NCBI GenBank assembly: GCA_004764695.1
Contig: SMSO01000036.1
Coordinates: 372,001-436,000, forward strand
Origin: Schizochytrium sp. TIO01
Lineage: Eukaryota; Protista; Bigyra: Labyrinthulomycetes
Direction of reading: 5' to 3'
DNA: 64,000 bases
The translations under genes were made by a program, and so were the position numbers. Positions 1 to 12,735 of the stretch are shown piece after piece (within the stretch, counting starts at the first letter, position 1; the number at the start of each line of letters is the position of its first letter). The notes under the pieces are model-generated. The model worked only from the letters and a program-made list of their open reading frames with translations. It was not told the origin of the DNA and did no database searches.

Positions 1-894
1 GAGAGGCCGTTTTCCATCTCGGACGAGGTTGTTCGCAATCAAGGCGAGCTTACTTTCGCGCTCTGCAGGTCCCATTCCAAAAACGATATTTCAAGCCGAC
101 GGTTGCGTCATCCGAGAGAGCCAAGGTAATCTTGGCATTCGCAAATGCAGAGTCCCATGGGCCGTGGGCATTCTCAATCGAGAAGTTCCCTCGACCCAAG
201 CCAGTCTGCATTTGCCCACAAACGCATTCATTCATTACCTAACAGCTCAGCAAAACGTTGCTGTTTGGAGTATCTATCTGATCCCCAAAACGAGAAACGA
301 AACACTGGACCTCCCTCATTCCCATTCCACGAGAACCTGTGCTTCTATTTGATTGATCGCAACTCCTTGCCCAATACGACGCGCATCAGCTCATTGACTC
401 CAGCATTGCGCATATTGCGTTCCGCAAATTCTGTACAATCAACCGTTCGAGTGCCTATTCCTGTGAGATCTCACAAACACTTGAATCTCCCTTTCTCTTC
501 CCTGTATTTACTTCTATCTTAAAGTGAAAATAAACGTTTACTTTTTTTCGTAGCATTAAAAAAAAAGTGATCTTAAATTTTGTTTTATTTTAAGCTTTTA
601 AAATTAAATTAAAATTAAAGTTTTAAAGGGGAATGCAGTTAACAAATTGCTACATATGTATATCGTATATATGTACTTGCTCGTCCTCCAAATTGGAGAC
701 TGCCGTCTCTTTCATGGACCCGTCTGTCTCTTCTGCGTGTCATAAAGCGACTTTGGAACTCGAGGGCCGAATAAGAACTTTCGGCCGCGAATCGAAACGG
801 CGGAGGATGACGACGTTTTGGATCAAGGATGATGCTGCGCCTCATACTCTGCGCAGTACCTGTCTGTCTACAGCGCCACTTTCTTTGACTTCTT

Positions 895-1002
895 CATTCA
901 TTTATATCCATTTATATCCATTTATATCCATTGATGTTCATTGTATTCATTGATATTCATTGATATTCATTCGTATTCATTTGTATTCATTCGTTCATTC
1001 AT
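895..1002. repeat. AT-rich 8-10 bp minisatellite (CATTTATATC / CATTGATATT variants)
   Basis: Direct reading. Confidence 0.8.
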
Positions 1003-3361
1003 TTGGCGCATCTTCGTAACTGGGGATCAGAAGGAGAAGGAGAAGGAGGAGAGAAGATATTCGCCTTCAGAACTGCACAGTTGATCGCTGGTGAAACCCA
1101 TTACACGCGCTGGCGTCATCGCACCTCGCAGTTTCGGGATCCCAGCGACGGCCTGGTCATAGAACTTCTGGCACGGAATGGTCATTTGATCGAGCAGCGA
1201 TCTTGAGTCCCGTCGCTTCGAGGTTTTGAGAACCTCACTCACGCTGCTACTAGTAACAACTAGCAGGCCCCTAGACTTTTTTCCCGCTTATTTTCTTCTC
1301 TTCGAAAGACTAAGTAGTATGGTATGTGTTCTTGATTTAATTTATATCTTTCGAGATAGTTCTTTTATTTTAGAAGTTAATTTTAAGATATTTAATTTTG
1401 GTCATTAAAAAACGTTTTCCGAAGGATGCGATGCTTTTGCTGCTCAAGTTTATAGTTTAGTCAGAGAGAGAGGAAACAGTCTCGATACTGGAACTCCTCT
1501 GTGATTGCCAATGATGAATCATATCCTATCGCCATCGCACTGTTTCCCTTGCGATATTGGGCTTCTACCTCGTGCTTTTGCTTTAATGAAGTAAATCACA
1601 CTCTCTTTAATTTAAATATATATTAAAAAAATAAGTGACAGTTATTTTGGTATACATTTTAAGATTTTGATTAAAAAATATATTGAGAGAGGTATGTATA
1701 AAGGCAAAAACGTAGGTATCTGATAAAAATGAAGAAGGAAGTTTTAAAGCCATGAAGTGAATCCAAGCTATCTTTGTAGAGGCGCTATCTTTTTTTTTGG
1801 TAAAGGCCCTTCAAAGTGGCCGCTATAGGACACCAACGCTGCTCATAAAACTCGTCAGCGGGTACAGAGTTGATCGCCCTGTGCAGACATTGCTACGTGC
1901 ACGCGTTGGCATGCTCAGTAATTGACCGCTGCGCTCATCGTTTCGCCTGTATCCGCGAAAAGTAAAAGAAAAGCCCTGCTCAGTCTCACTCTTATTAATT
2001 AATTAATTAATTAATTAATTGATTAATGAGAGACTCATGGGAAAGAGAGAGAGAAAGAGAAAGAGAGGGTAGTAGGTACAAAATCTGATCCCGTCAGCAA
2101 AAAAAATGATTACGTAAGTATTTTCTTCCAAATCATCAGGTCTTCCCAATGTCGGCACGACATGGTACCAGAGCTTTTTACAAGTGATGACGAAGAAGAC
2201 CAAAGTTGAAGTGCCCAATAGGCGCCGACCACTTCGATTGCAGTGACAGTACAGCCTCACCAGACTTGAAAGCTGCGCAGCGATTATGGTGGGCTGCATC
2301 GGCACTCTTCACACAGTTAGGATTACATGCACACATAAGGGATTTAGGAGCCCACTCGTGCTTTTAAGTTTGTCGTCTTTTGGTCGTTGACGGTTTTGTG
2401 GAGGGTTTTACACGAACAAAAGATGAACGAGGGGAGATATGGATGCTATCGTTTCAGAGGAGCGGGTATCAACTTCATCTCGGGGGCTATTGGAACATGG
2501 AGTAGTACTCCAGCTCGAAATTTGTTTTATTGAAAGTTAATGTGCTTTGCTTTTGATAGTGTTGCTCAGGTGGTTGAATTGTAGGTATGCCGAAAATCGC
2601 ATCTGCTGTCTCAAATATTGCATATCCATGCAGGGATCAAGATGTATCAAATGGCATTCACATCAACTTGATTCTTCCCTATGGCAGCAATATCAACCCT
2701 TGATACGGACTTACTTTCTTCACTCGTGATTTCAGTGCGGTCCATAGCTATATATCCCACCCCGTACAAGTGAAGGCATCACCATTTTTAACGCCTTCGT
2801 CGTTTCACTTACCCCATCCCCACTATCAGCCTTCAAAAGGAAAGAATACAGCTTCCTCCTTTGAAAATGATATAATTACCTGGCCAACCTTCGAAGTCTT
2901 GTCCTTGAAAAGACCCATATCTCCTCCCCTCTGCAGAGTCAATCCTGCGAGTCCCAGGCACGTGGCCTTTTCAATATTCCTCTAACAGTGACCCCTTGAT
3001 TTTTCACGCACGCCCTGGGGCTGGCCAGTAGCATCAATCGATCCCTGAGACACTCTTATCAGCCTGGCAACTTAACGAAATGCAGTGCGCTCAACGGACA
3101 TCTGTGGCTTCTGACACAATCGTAACGGGTCCCTTTGCCTTGGTTCTCAGGGTTCCCATAGTTAAGAAGGGCTAGCTAAGTCCTAGAGAAAGAAGTTGTT
3201 AGAGACTTCGGAAAGCAGAAAAAGGGAGGAATAATATACTAAATGGCTTTCTCAAATCGGGAGCGCCGCTAGCTCGGTCGCTCGCGGGAACAGCTACCGG
3301 CGTGAGCTGGGTGGCGTGTTTCTGCGATTGAAGGGGTCAAGCCGCGGGCTAGTCGCCCAAG

Positions 3362-5409
3362 ATGTCGCAGTCGGCGCAGTCGGCAGCGAGCGATCTGGCG
3401 GCTCGCACGAAGCATTTCCGAGAGTCGCTCATCGAAGAGTTCCGACTGAGCGAGTCGGATACGTGCAGTGCCTTTGAAGCTCCGCGGCACTCGTCTTCAA
3501 TCTATTCACAGCCAGATGTACTGGAGGACGTCCTCCGACACAAACCACATTCACTGGTTAAATTTAAAATCTTCAAACGCACCCCAGAATGTGAAGAAGC
3601 TCCAGAAGCTCCCAAGCTCATCCGTATGGCTACGCGAAAACCTGGACGCCTCCAGCGGGCTCCGCGGTCGCTTCCGCTGCACGAGTGGGCCAAGTGGCTT
3701 TCACGGCACAAGAACTTCTCGTCGTTTGTAATCTACACAATTATTCTTAATGCCATCGTGCTAGGAATTCAGACATCGATGGACGAGGTCGAGGACTGGC
3801 GCACTGTGCAAATTCTCGAGTTACTCGATAACTGCACAATGGTTATTTTCGTGTGGGAGATTTTGCTCAAGTGGATTGCAAACTTCCGAACATTTTGGAA
3901 AGATGGGTGGAACGTCTTTGACTTCTTGGTCACCGCTGGTGTCCTTGTACCTATGTTAGCTGAAGCTGCGATGGGTTCGGAGGACCAAAGCAACGCACAA
4001 AATTTTGCAAGCGTCGCTAAGAACCTTCGCATTTTTAGGACGTTTCGTACTTGAAGATGATTGCCAAGTTTCGAAGTTTGAGAATTATTGTGCGAACAGT
4101 AGTAGAGGCACTACAGAGTCTGGGTTTCGTACTTATTTTACTTTGCCTACTCATGTATATTTTTGCAGTGCTGGCTATTGGCCTCTTCTCAGATTATACA
4201 AATGCCACAGTGGAGGGTTTGACCTATCAATTTGCGTTCTCGGACATGATTGCCGCTGTAAGAACCCTCTTCCAGCTGCTAACTCTTGACCAATGGTATA
4301 ATATTGCAAAGGAAATTTCCTCGGTTGGAGTGGTCAATAACATCATTACCATTTCCTTCTTTGTCGTCTGGGTCGCACTCGGAGCCTTTATCTTCCGTAA
4401 CATCTTCATTGGTGTTATGGTGAAAAATTTTCAGAGTATCAGTCAAGAGTTAGCAGACCTTGACCAGATCTCACGGAAGCGAGCTCGCATGCGAAAATAT
4501 GTTGAGGATTTTCAGCACCAAATGGAGGAGAAAAAACGTGAAATTGAGCAACAAATGTTGCAAGGTCGTAATCAACTTACGTCTTCAGGAAAACTCTCCC
4601 CAAAGTCCGCTCCAGCGGGAGGTGCTGGTTCTAACATTACAAGCCCCATTCCAGTGGACCTCAAGCTCCAATCTCCACTGTCCCCCGGGTGGAAGGGTCA
4701 CGGACCGGTGTTCAATCCATTAAATACTCAGGATATTTTCGCTGATGCCGACAAGAATGGTAGCTCAAGCGCACGACCTCGTGTACGTAAATCTTTTGCA
4801 ATTCCAAAGGCTTGGATTGATGGCAACAACGGAGATAATGGCCAACCAAATATGTCTCCACTGGAAGCCCTGGCAATGCAACATCGTAAGGAGCAAAACT
4901 CGAATGGGCACGGTTTGAATCTGGTGGATGATTCCCAGGTAAATGGCGAAAAGAACAAAGGAACTTCACCGGTGAAGGCTGATCACATGGGAGCTGGGTA
5001 TAATAATAATGTAGCAAATACAAATTTAGGTGTGGCAGGGGCGAAAAATACCGTTGAACAAGCGCATCATCAGAATAATGACCAATTGGAGAACATTGCA
5101 TCGAAGGGAAGCAATGCAGGAAAGCAGACGCTAGATAATGTTAAAAGAGAGCTCTCCAAAACTCCACGCTGGGCCCAAGCACGGCTTGACCAATTTTATA
5201 ACGCAGAAAAGGCTGAAGAGTGGAAAATCTTCGTGCAGCAGAGTCTTACGGTTTTTGGCGAGCAGGATGGTGGTAGTACTTTATGGCCTCGCGATACCTT
5301 GCTCGAATACCTACAAACTATGGAGAAACTTCAGGAAAACATTAAGGAGCACCATGAGCTTCAGCATCTTGCTAATACAGCCCTTTATAGCATTGCTACC
5401 GATGGTTAG
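3362..5409 (+). CDS. CATSPER2: CatSper2-like cation channel pore subunit (~682 aa once a 1-nt frameshift at ~4051 is repaired)
   Basis: ORFs 3362..4054 and 4051..5409 join into one 6-TM channel. CatSper2-type N-terminus (FRESLIEEF, APRH, HSLVKFKI, PLHEWAKWL), S2-S3 EILLKWIANFRTFWKDGWNVFDFLVT, S4 KNLRIFRTFRT-LKM, pore TLDQW (TxDxW), S6 FIFRNIFIGVMVKNFQ and C-terminal WPRDTLLEYLQTMEKLQENI, matching the CatSper2 WPRD..EKLQ motif. Confidence 0.92.
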
Positions 5410-7272
5410 ATATGCTTTTATCTTTCTCCCAGTTATTATCTATTTCAAGCTTTGTGTTTGCTGTTCCCTTAGCATCGCGAGGCCCCAAAGGTGAATGTCA
5501 CATAGATATACTTCGATACACCTTCATTCATACTACCAGACTTATAGCTTATCGTTTCTCTTTTTTTCTTTTTTTAAATTTCAATAGATTTCCCCACTAA
5601 ACAACTTTCCATGCAACTTTTAACGAGCATAATAATGTACCACCACGCTAAAGCCTAAGATACTTCCAATATTCAGCAGCCTCCGCGTTACATTTCCCAA
5701 GATAAACAGCGAGCGCTTTAATTCATTCTTGGGGTTCATCATTTCTTGTCATTGTTTCAATAATCCTCCCATCAACCTTTCATGAAACCTTTGAAAAACG
5801 AGCATAATTATGCACGATGTCCAGGTGCACCGTTTTCATGGCAGGTCCAATGCCGTGGTCTCCTCGCATCTCGAAGAGCCAAACTCGCGCCTCTCTCCAT
5901 GCCTCGAATAGCAAGCACGTGAATAACATGCCCTATTATCCAATTAATCCATGGCCTGCCTACTGCTTTCTCTACGACTGCTTATTACTACGGGTGCCTA
6001 GGGCATCCTAGTCCTTGTCAAAAGGCTTCCCACACCTCTCTCTGAGGCACCTTTGGGATGACGTCAGCAGAAGCCAGTCCATCCAAAGTGGGTCCCGCAC
6101 TCACTCACTCACTCACTCACTGACCACGCCGCGAGTCTCGAGGTCTTCTGCCTTGGCTCCGCAGATCGACTCATGGCCTGGCTTTGCAGAGTCCAGTCGA
6201 GCCGCGGAGGCTGGATGGGCAGCCAGCTAGCTTTGCTTTCCCATGCACTGGCCGGCCGCAGAACCTTTCCGAGTTCTGTGCATTGAATTAATCGCAAGAA
6301 CTGTGGATCTTTGGCCAACTGTTTTGCTAAGGGTCTTCAAGAGATACTAAGTAAGTATATTAGAGTCAGCAAAAGCAGAGTTCCTGGCACAGAATGAATG
6401 GGTAACTAAGCGAAGAAGCGAAAAGGCAGTTTAAGCGGGCGCAAAAGACACCAATGAAGAATGGAGACTGTTGCCAAATTGGCCACAGAAACGAACCTGC
6501 AATAACGAGGACGGCGCTGCCAACGCTCTGCCTCGACCGCCGTCGCTGCGCCTGGCGACGAGGGTCTCGCGTATTTTGATTGACGAACGGTAGCGCGGTG
6601 CGGCGTCTGAACTGAATGGGTCGGAGAACGTGCGAGCCCGAAGGCTTCTCGTCTGGTCGCGAGTTGAGATATGCGCCACGATGGACTGACTCATGGATAC
6701 TTGGTATTCGAAGGAATGATAAAATATATCTTCTTATCGCTTGGTCACTCACTGTATTGAGAAGAGTGGTTGAGGGAGTGAATGAACTTCTTCACGGAGG
6801 TCCACCAGCTCGCACGCATGATAGACGTACGTAGGAGGCAAAGGCTTTGAGATAATAGCAGAAGGTGTCAAAAAAGGGAGAGAAGATATATGAATTTACT
6901 TACGATAGTAGTAAAGGTAGAAATTTCTTTCAACAAAATCGAAGGGGGAAATCAATCCTGAGTCGAGGTGAGTCGACGACTGTCCACTGGGTAGATAGCT
7001 AGCTAGCTCTGCGCAAAATAGAAGCTCGCAGAGCAATCGTAGCTGGTCTGTGGACGGCATTTAAGCACAGCATTAATTGGGTAGGTTATAGAGAGCGCCA
7101 GGCATTTTGCAAAGGAGGTCTGGTCGCTGCTGATGGCGAAGGTGTGAGGTTTGGTTTGGTTTAATTTGGTGTGGAGCAAGGGCGGAGGGTGAGTATACGT
7201 CACGCTGAGACCGTAGCGACGGAAGGCGTGGACTTGACAAAATCAATCCGAATCTGTCCGAGTGATTTAAAT

Positions 7273-7770
7273 TTAGGCGCTGGCCTTGGCAGCCTCAGGC
7301 TCAGCCTCCATGGCACCGGACTTGGTCTTGTAGTCGTGGATGGCGGCCTTGATGGCATCCTCGGCAAGCATACTGCAGTGGAGCTTGACGGGGGGAAGCT
7401 TGAGGTGCTTGGCGATATCGGCGTTCTTGATCTGGAGGCACTCATCGATGGTCTTGCCCTTGACCCACTCCGTGGCGACGGAGCTGGAGGCAATGGCAGA
7501 GCCACATCCGAAGGTCTTGAACTTGGACTCAATGATGCGGCCCTCATCGTCGACCTCAATCATGAGCTTCATGACGTCACCGCACGCGGGGGCGCCCACG
7601 AGGCCGGTGCCGACGTTCTTCTTGGCCTTGTCGAGGGAGCCAACATTGCGCGGGTTTTCGTAATGATCAATGAGCGAATCGGTGTACTTGGATGCGACGG
7701 CCTGCAGGCGGAAGGCAGGTCCGGTGCGGCCGGTCACGACCGCGGCGGCTCTTCTGGCGCTGCTCAGCAT
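7273..7770 (-). CDS. ISCU: Mitochondrial Fe-S cluster scaffold IscU/Isu1 (165 aa)
   Basis: Motifs DHYENPRNVG, GAPACGDVM, FGCGSAIASSS, LPPVKLHCSMLAEDA. Arg/Ala-rich presequence MLSSARRAAA from the ATG at 7770. Confidence 0.97.
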   Translation of the reverse strand: MLSSARRAAAVVTGRTGPAFRLQAVASKYTDSLIDHYENPRNVGSLDKAKKNVGTGLVGAPACGDVMKLMIEVDDEGRIIESKFKTFGCGSAIASSSVATEWVKGKTIDECLQIKNADIAKHLKLPPVKLHCSMLAEDAIKAAIHDYKTKSGAMEAEPEAAKASA

Positions 7771-8099
7771 CTTCTTCTCTTTCTGCTCTGACTTCGCACG
7801 CGAGTATCGATCGATCTGCGACGGCACTGAGAAAGAATTGGTTTTGCTGCGACTTCAACAGGCTTTGCTGATGGGCAAACGATTCGCCTTTTTCTCTCTG
7901 CTTTCTTTACCTTTATATAACCAAAGAGGCACTCTCTCTCTCTCTCTCCTTCCTTCCTTCCTTCTCAGACTCCTCCTCCCTTCTTGTCTGCCAACCGAGG
8001 TCGTGGCTTCTCAGCGCTCGCGCTGGTTCCAGATCTGTTCTCGCCTTCGGAGAGGCGCAGAGGAGGCAGAGCGAAGGCTTTCTTCACATTCCTCGAACG

Positions 8100-8240
8100 C
8101 AGAAGAAGAAGAAGAAAAAGAAGAAGAAGAAGAAGAAGAAAAGCAGTCCATCGATCGATTCGAAGGCAAACCACAAAGAAGAAAGAAAAGAAGAAAGAAA
8201 AGAAGAAAGAAAGAAGAAAGAAGAAAGAAGAAAGAAGAGT
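8100..8240. repeat. (GAA)-rich polypurine tract upstream of ISCU
   Basis: Direct reading. Source of the poly-E/K/R pseudo-ORFs. Confidence 0.85.
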
Positions 8241-8504
8241 ATGAAAAGGAAAAAGAGTTTTAAAAGGAAAAGCAAAGGCCACGCTCGCTCTGTCTCAGTG
8301 TGCCTGCTCGCTGTTCGCCCTCTCATACCCTCTGCATAGCCACCCTCTACCGTTTTACGTACCAGTAGCCCCGAATCAGAGGTTTTTCTCTTTCGAGCTC
8401 TCCTTCTTTTCTTTTATTTTCTTTTCCCAGCTTTTCTTCTTCACTCAGTCAGTCAGAGGTCACTCTCTCTCTAGGGTATCCTAGGCGCAGCGCTAGCATT
8501 TGCG

Positions 8505-8900
8505 GTAGGTGTGGTATAGCACCTGTGATCGAAGTGCTGGAGACCGCGCCGGGGAAACCGGCCATATGCGGATTCCCCGCGGCACCTCAGAGAAGGCAGC
8601 CTCGGAGCCACCAGGCCGCCTTAAGTAGCCTCGGGTAAACATGCACACGCCCCCCGTTACACTTAAGGTAAGGGCTGGGGATTCCTCGGGGAAACTTAGT
8701 TTAAGGTGGCAAATGAAAGGGCGGACTCAGAGCGCGCGATTCTCAGAATGCCCTCGTTTTAAGCTTAGTAGCGCTCGAACGGTGAGCCTTCGTTTCCGTT
8801 CCCAAAAGGAAGGGGTAGACGGAAGCTTCAAGGTTGGCTGATTCATACCTGGGTCGCACGAAGGGTTCCGAGTGCACTCGCCCTGTATGTTCCAGCTTTT
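8505..8900 (+). ncRNA. Candidate structured non-coding RNA, family unidentified
   Basis: About eight consecutive helices found by eye, several needing G-U pairs that only work on the + strand. A long terminal hairpin (8836-8897) is followed by TTTT. No credible ORF. The 5' boundary is approximate. Confidence 0.5.
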
Positions 8901-9168
8901 ATCCCAAGTTGGACTCGAAGTTGGGGTTGGGGTTGGCGAGAGACGAATAACTTCAAGGTGGATGGCATCGAGGGCATCGCCAGTTCAGCGCTAAGGCTCA
9001 TTTAGGGTAAAGCATAGGCCAAAACGGTTCTACTTGGTTGGGCACAGGCTGGAGAAGAAGAAGAACTCAGAGAACGACTGTCATTGGCGATCTTCGGCGC
9101 TGGCAGCGACGATGGCAGCGTTGAGGTCGCCTGCCTGAGCTCGCCATGTCGAGTTCCACCTGGATGTG

Positions 9169-9199
<31 letters not shown>

Positions 9200-10880
9200 C
9201 TGCTTGTGACCTTGCTCGAGGGCAAAACTCGTTGGTTCCTAGGAATTTGCAGCACCTAGTACCCTGAGTTTAATAGTTCTTACTGTGATTCTATGGTGAA
9301 TGAGTAAAAATGAATAAATTGGATTGAAAGGTGAAGTTCTGCGATGAGCGAGAATGAAGAACTGCGGTGATACAATGCGCGAGAACAACCATCTCGTGCG
9401 CCGTAGGCATCAAGAACCGAGGTATTGAGACGCTGCTCTTGGCGGCGGAGGCTGGCGTGTCTCGGAGCTCGGAGGAGAGCAGCTTCGCCAGCTTCGCCGA
9501 GAAGAAGAAGCACTGGTAGCTCTTGGAGTGCGTGGATTTGGTAAGTCAGTTCGTTGGTTCGTTAGTTTCTTGTTTTCTCAGCGGTTCTTTCCTCTCGGGT
9601 GTAAGTCCCTCTCTATATTGAGGAAGAGGGTCCAATCAATCTGTGCCTTGAGATGTCTTGTGAATCGATCATTCTGCGCAGTTCCTCCACCCGATGGGGA
9701 CCGCCGCATGGATCTCCGGGTGTCCGTCTGCATCGTTTATGCGCGAGGTTCTGAGGCGGATTGGTTCAAGAAAACCAAGACCTGGTTGGATTCGTTCTTT
9801 GCTTCGTTTTAGTTGATTTTCAGTAGTCCAAAGGTTATTCTTCGTCATGATCCAGTGGCAGAAAGTGAATGAGTGGGCTGGATTGTGCCAATTGCTGTAC
9901 GCTTGAGGTTGAGGTTGAGGTTGAGGTTGAGGTTGGTTAAAACAATGGTGCTGGATAGATGGATAGAGTGGAGGATTTGTCTCGAGAGGGAGAGAGGTGT
10001 TAAAAACCACTCTACGAAAACAAATAAAACCCGCCTTGCTCATGTTTATTAGAGGGAATGCGAGGAATTGGTCAGTCTCAAGGCAGGGAAAGAGACGGTG
10101 CAATAAGAGATTGATGACAGATATACCTACCTACCTCCTAGGTACATATTAGGTTGAAAGTTGTGCAGTGACAATTCCAGATTAAAGCGTGAGTAAAGGC
10201 AATGCGTCACAGCGCGTAAGCTGTGTAAGCAACACATACTTGCGTTTGCTGCTCTCTCGTTTGTCAATTCGATTTTTGTTTACCACAGTGCTTATAATGC
10301 TCGTATTAGGTCAGAGGTGACAATCATTCTTATGCGGACACAGTTTCCTCCTTCCTTTGTATTGGATGTCGCCTTGAGTGTAACAAAATGGGCAGCATAA
10401 AATAATAATCATGTGTCCTTGATGAAAGCTTGTGAGCCTCTTCCATACTTATTCTGAAGATTAGGATTTCATGATGCTGCAACTAGTTCGTGGAAAGCTA
10501 TCGCAAAGCTTCACGAAATGCACCTGTTCCCAGGTGACAGCGTAAGAGCAGTTCAGAATGACTTTGAACCCTGGAGTTTGTACCGATCAACTAGATATCG
10601 TGATCCTTCCTTGGAGTTTGCAGTAATGCGTTCGCCTAGGGGGGGGCACAATCACAGGGAATCAATTATCATGTCTGGGCGCCGCGAGCAACTGGCTGAG
10701 ACTAGTCGCATAGAACAAGGCGACCTAGGCGTTTGACGGAGGTTGGAAAGAGTAAGCCAGGACAGAATTTAGATCGTTGCTGTGCTCGGAGGTGATTAAG
10801 AGAAATCATGATTTTAGAAGTTTGTGTTTACATCATACTGGAGTATTGACAAGAACACCTATATGTCTATCCTATTCCTT

Positions 10881-11974
10881 TCAGTTGTCAAGGTAGAAGC
10901 TTTCGTTTGGATGAAAGTCGCGTTGGTGCTCTGTAAGCTTTTCGTCCTGCACAGAATCCTGGGATGACTCCTGCGAAGAACTTAAACTCGTAAGACTGCT
11001 CAAACTCTTGGAGCTGATGTGCTTTGCAGGGCGGCGGTTCGGAGATGATGATGGGGGAACTACAACGAATTCTCGCGTATCCTCATCGTTGTCAATAAAT
11101 TTTCCAGCTGTAAGGCGCTGGCGTGCTAGGTTCCGAGATTCTGCGGGGACATCCGCCGGCTCCTCCTCAAGTGTCCGTTTAGGAGGGCTTCGCTTACTGA
11201 GAGGATGGGCGAAATCAATATGAGCTGCAAATGGTGAACGCCCAGGGAGAGTGGGAGGTGGTCGCGTTTCGGAAGATTGTTGTTCTTTCCTAGTTGGGCG
11301 CGAAGTGGTCTGTGCTCTACCTTCGCGTGTAGACTCTTGGTTCGTGTCAATCCGCCTGGGCTTCCAAGAAATGGGGAAAGGGCATTAAAGTTGTTGTCAT
11401 CTTGCGAGGCGTCATCAAATGACTGGCTGCTTTCGAGGCTGGTTGCCTCCTTAGCGGAAACATATTCGCGTTGCGGTGGCACTAATTTGCTTGACTTTTT
11501 ATCGGCATGGTCACCCTTCAATTCCTCATTATCAACAGGGTGCTTCGCTGTGTGCTGCCGGTGATGTTCTTTCACCGTTTCTTCAAGCCGACGACGCCGG
11601 CTCGCGGGCGAAGCTGGTGAAGCAGGGGACTGTCGGCCATCACCATTGCTAAATGAAGGGCTTCTGCGCTTTGGAGATCGTGCCGCAATTGGCTTCTTCG
11701 GAGATGCCGGAGGTGACGCAGGGATCACGAGAGGAGATGAAGGTGGTTTCACGATTGGCGGTGAAGGCGATGCAGGGAGTTTGCTAGCAATATTTTCGTG
11801 GGTTTGTTCACGCTTTTTAGGACTCGGCTTCTCCTGAACTTCAGGTTGATCGTCTCGCACCTGTGCATCGAGAGTTCCAGCTTTAGGCACTCGTCGTTGA
11901 GGAATACCTTTACGTTTGCTCGTTTTCGTAGCCGGCGAGCTCGGTGAAGGTGGGCTTATACTAGAATCCTCCAT
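10881..11974 (-). CDS. Ser/Pro-rich low-complexity protein of unknown function (~364 aa after repairing a 1-nt frameshift at ~11373-11376)
   Basis: ATG at 11974 (MEDSSISPPSP). An alternative frame is open from ~11380 to TGA at 10881-10883 (SWKPRRIDTNQ...PSSSPNRRP...SSSQESSQDS...FYLDN) with the same composition, and is joined by adding one C to the CCCC run. Confidence 0.6.
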
Positions 11975-12735
11975 CTTTCCTTTCACCAAAAGGTGAGTGG
12001 ATTGGTTTCTAAGTTGCTATAAAAGGACCCTTCTTTTTTTTTTAAGTAGCCCGACAGACAAGCTTGGGACGCCGCAGGACCTCGATCAGAAGATACCACC
12101 AGACTCGCGATGTTACGTAAAGGGAGGAAAGTGCCAAGAGGCCCACGTGCCCAAGAGCTGTAATAGCTCCACACGACCCAGACCAAAGACGATGTGGGTT
12201 TGCCATGTGGCGAGTGATCTATCTGTGCCTCGTTTCACAGTGGTCGTTAGGCTGCTTCAAACAGCAATAATCATATTAGGTCACATCTGACCCAAGGTAG
12301 ACAATCTAGTGGAACTATGACTATGCCAGAAGAAAGAGCAACTACTGTTGCGAAGTCAACAGTGGGTTAGGTATGATACTAACCTGTTGCGTTAGAGTTA
12401 CCAGAGTTGTTTTGCTCGCAAGGTTGTATTTCAAAAATACCTATCATGAGAAATAGATGAAGTAATTGAAGGAAGAGGTAAAATAATTATCAGCAAACAG
12501 TCCATAATGTAAAAGGGAAGTCAGAAGGTTTGTGGGCGGGAAATGCAAAGTGCGACAATTGCAGTTGACTCAAGTTCTTCAAGTTGATGTAAATCCTCTT
12601 GCAGCATGCCAAACTCGGAAGATACCATGTTTCTCTTGTTTTTTCCTTTTAGAAAAACCTGCCAGCTCATCAAGAAAGATCCAGCGCATCATATAGACAA
12701 TTCAGAATGAAGCGAATGAGCAGATCTTCCTGCTG

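Noticed and set aside
29-522. Short ORFs at the window start
   Set aside because: No recognisable motifs. Could be the edge of a feature outside the window but cannot be supported.
4030-4060. Programmed -1 ribosomal frameshift in CatSper2
   Set aside because: No X XXY YYZ heptamer in the allowed window (4039-4051), and the same kind of defect occurs in unrelated genes.
8851-8872. GTCGCACGAAGGGTTC resembles the 3' half of group II intron domain V
   Set aside because: The matching 5' half with the AGC/CGC triad and GNRA loop is absent, and these bases pair within a different hairpin.
8920-8936. TTGGGGTTGGGGTTGG next to the structured element as a telomerase template on the minus strand
   Set aside because: G-U pairing favours the + strand, the tract lies outside the folded region, and similar GTTGRR hexamer runs occur elsewhere as microsatellites.
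9640-9760. Possible C/D snoRNA (GCCT...CTGAGGC terminal stem, U14-like CATTCTGCGCAGTT)
   Set aside because: No canonical RUGAUGA box C and no U14 domain B.
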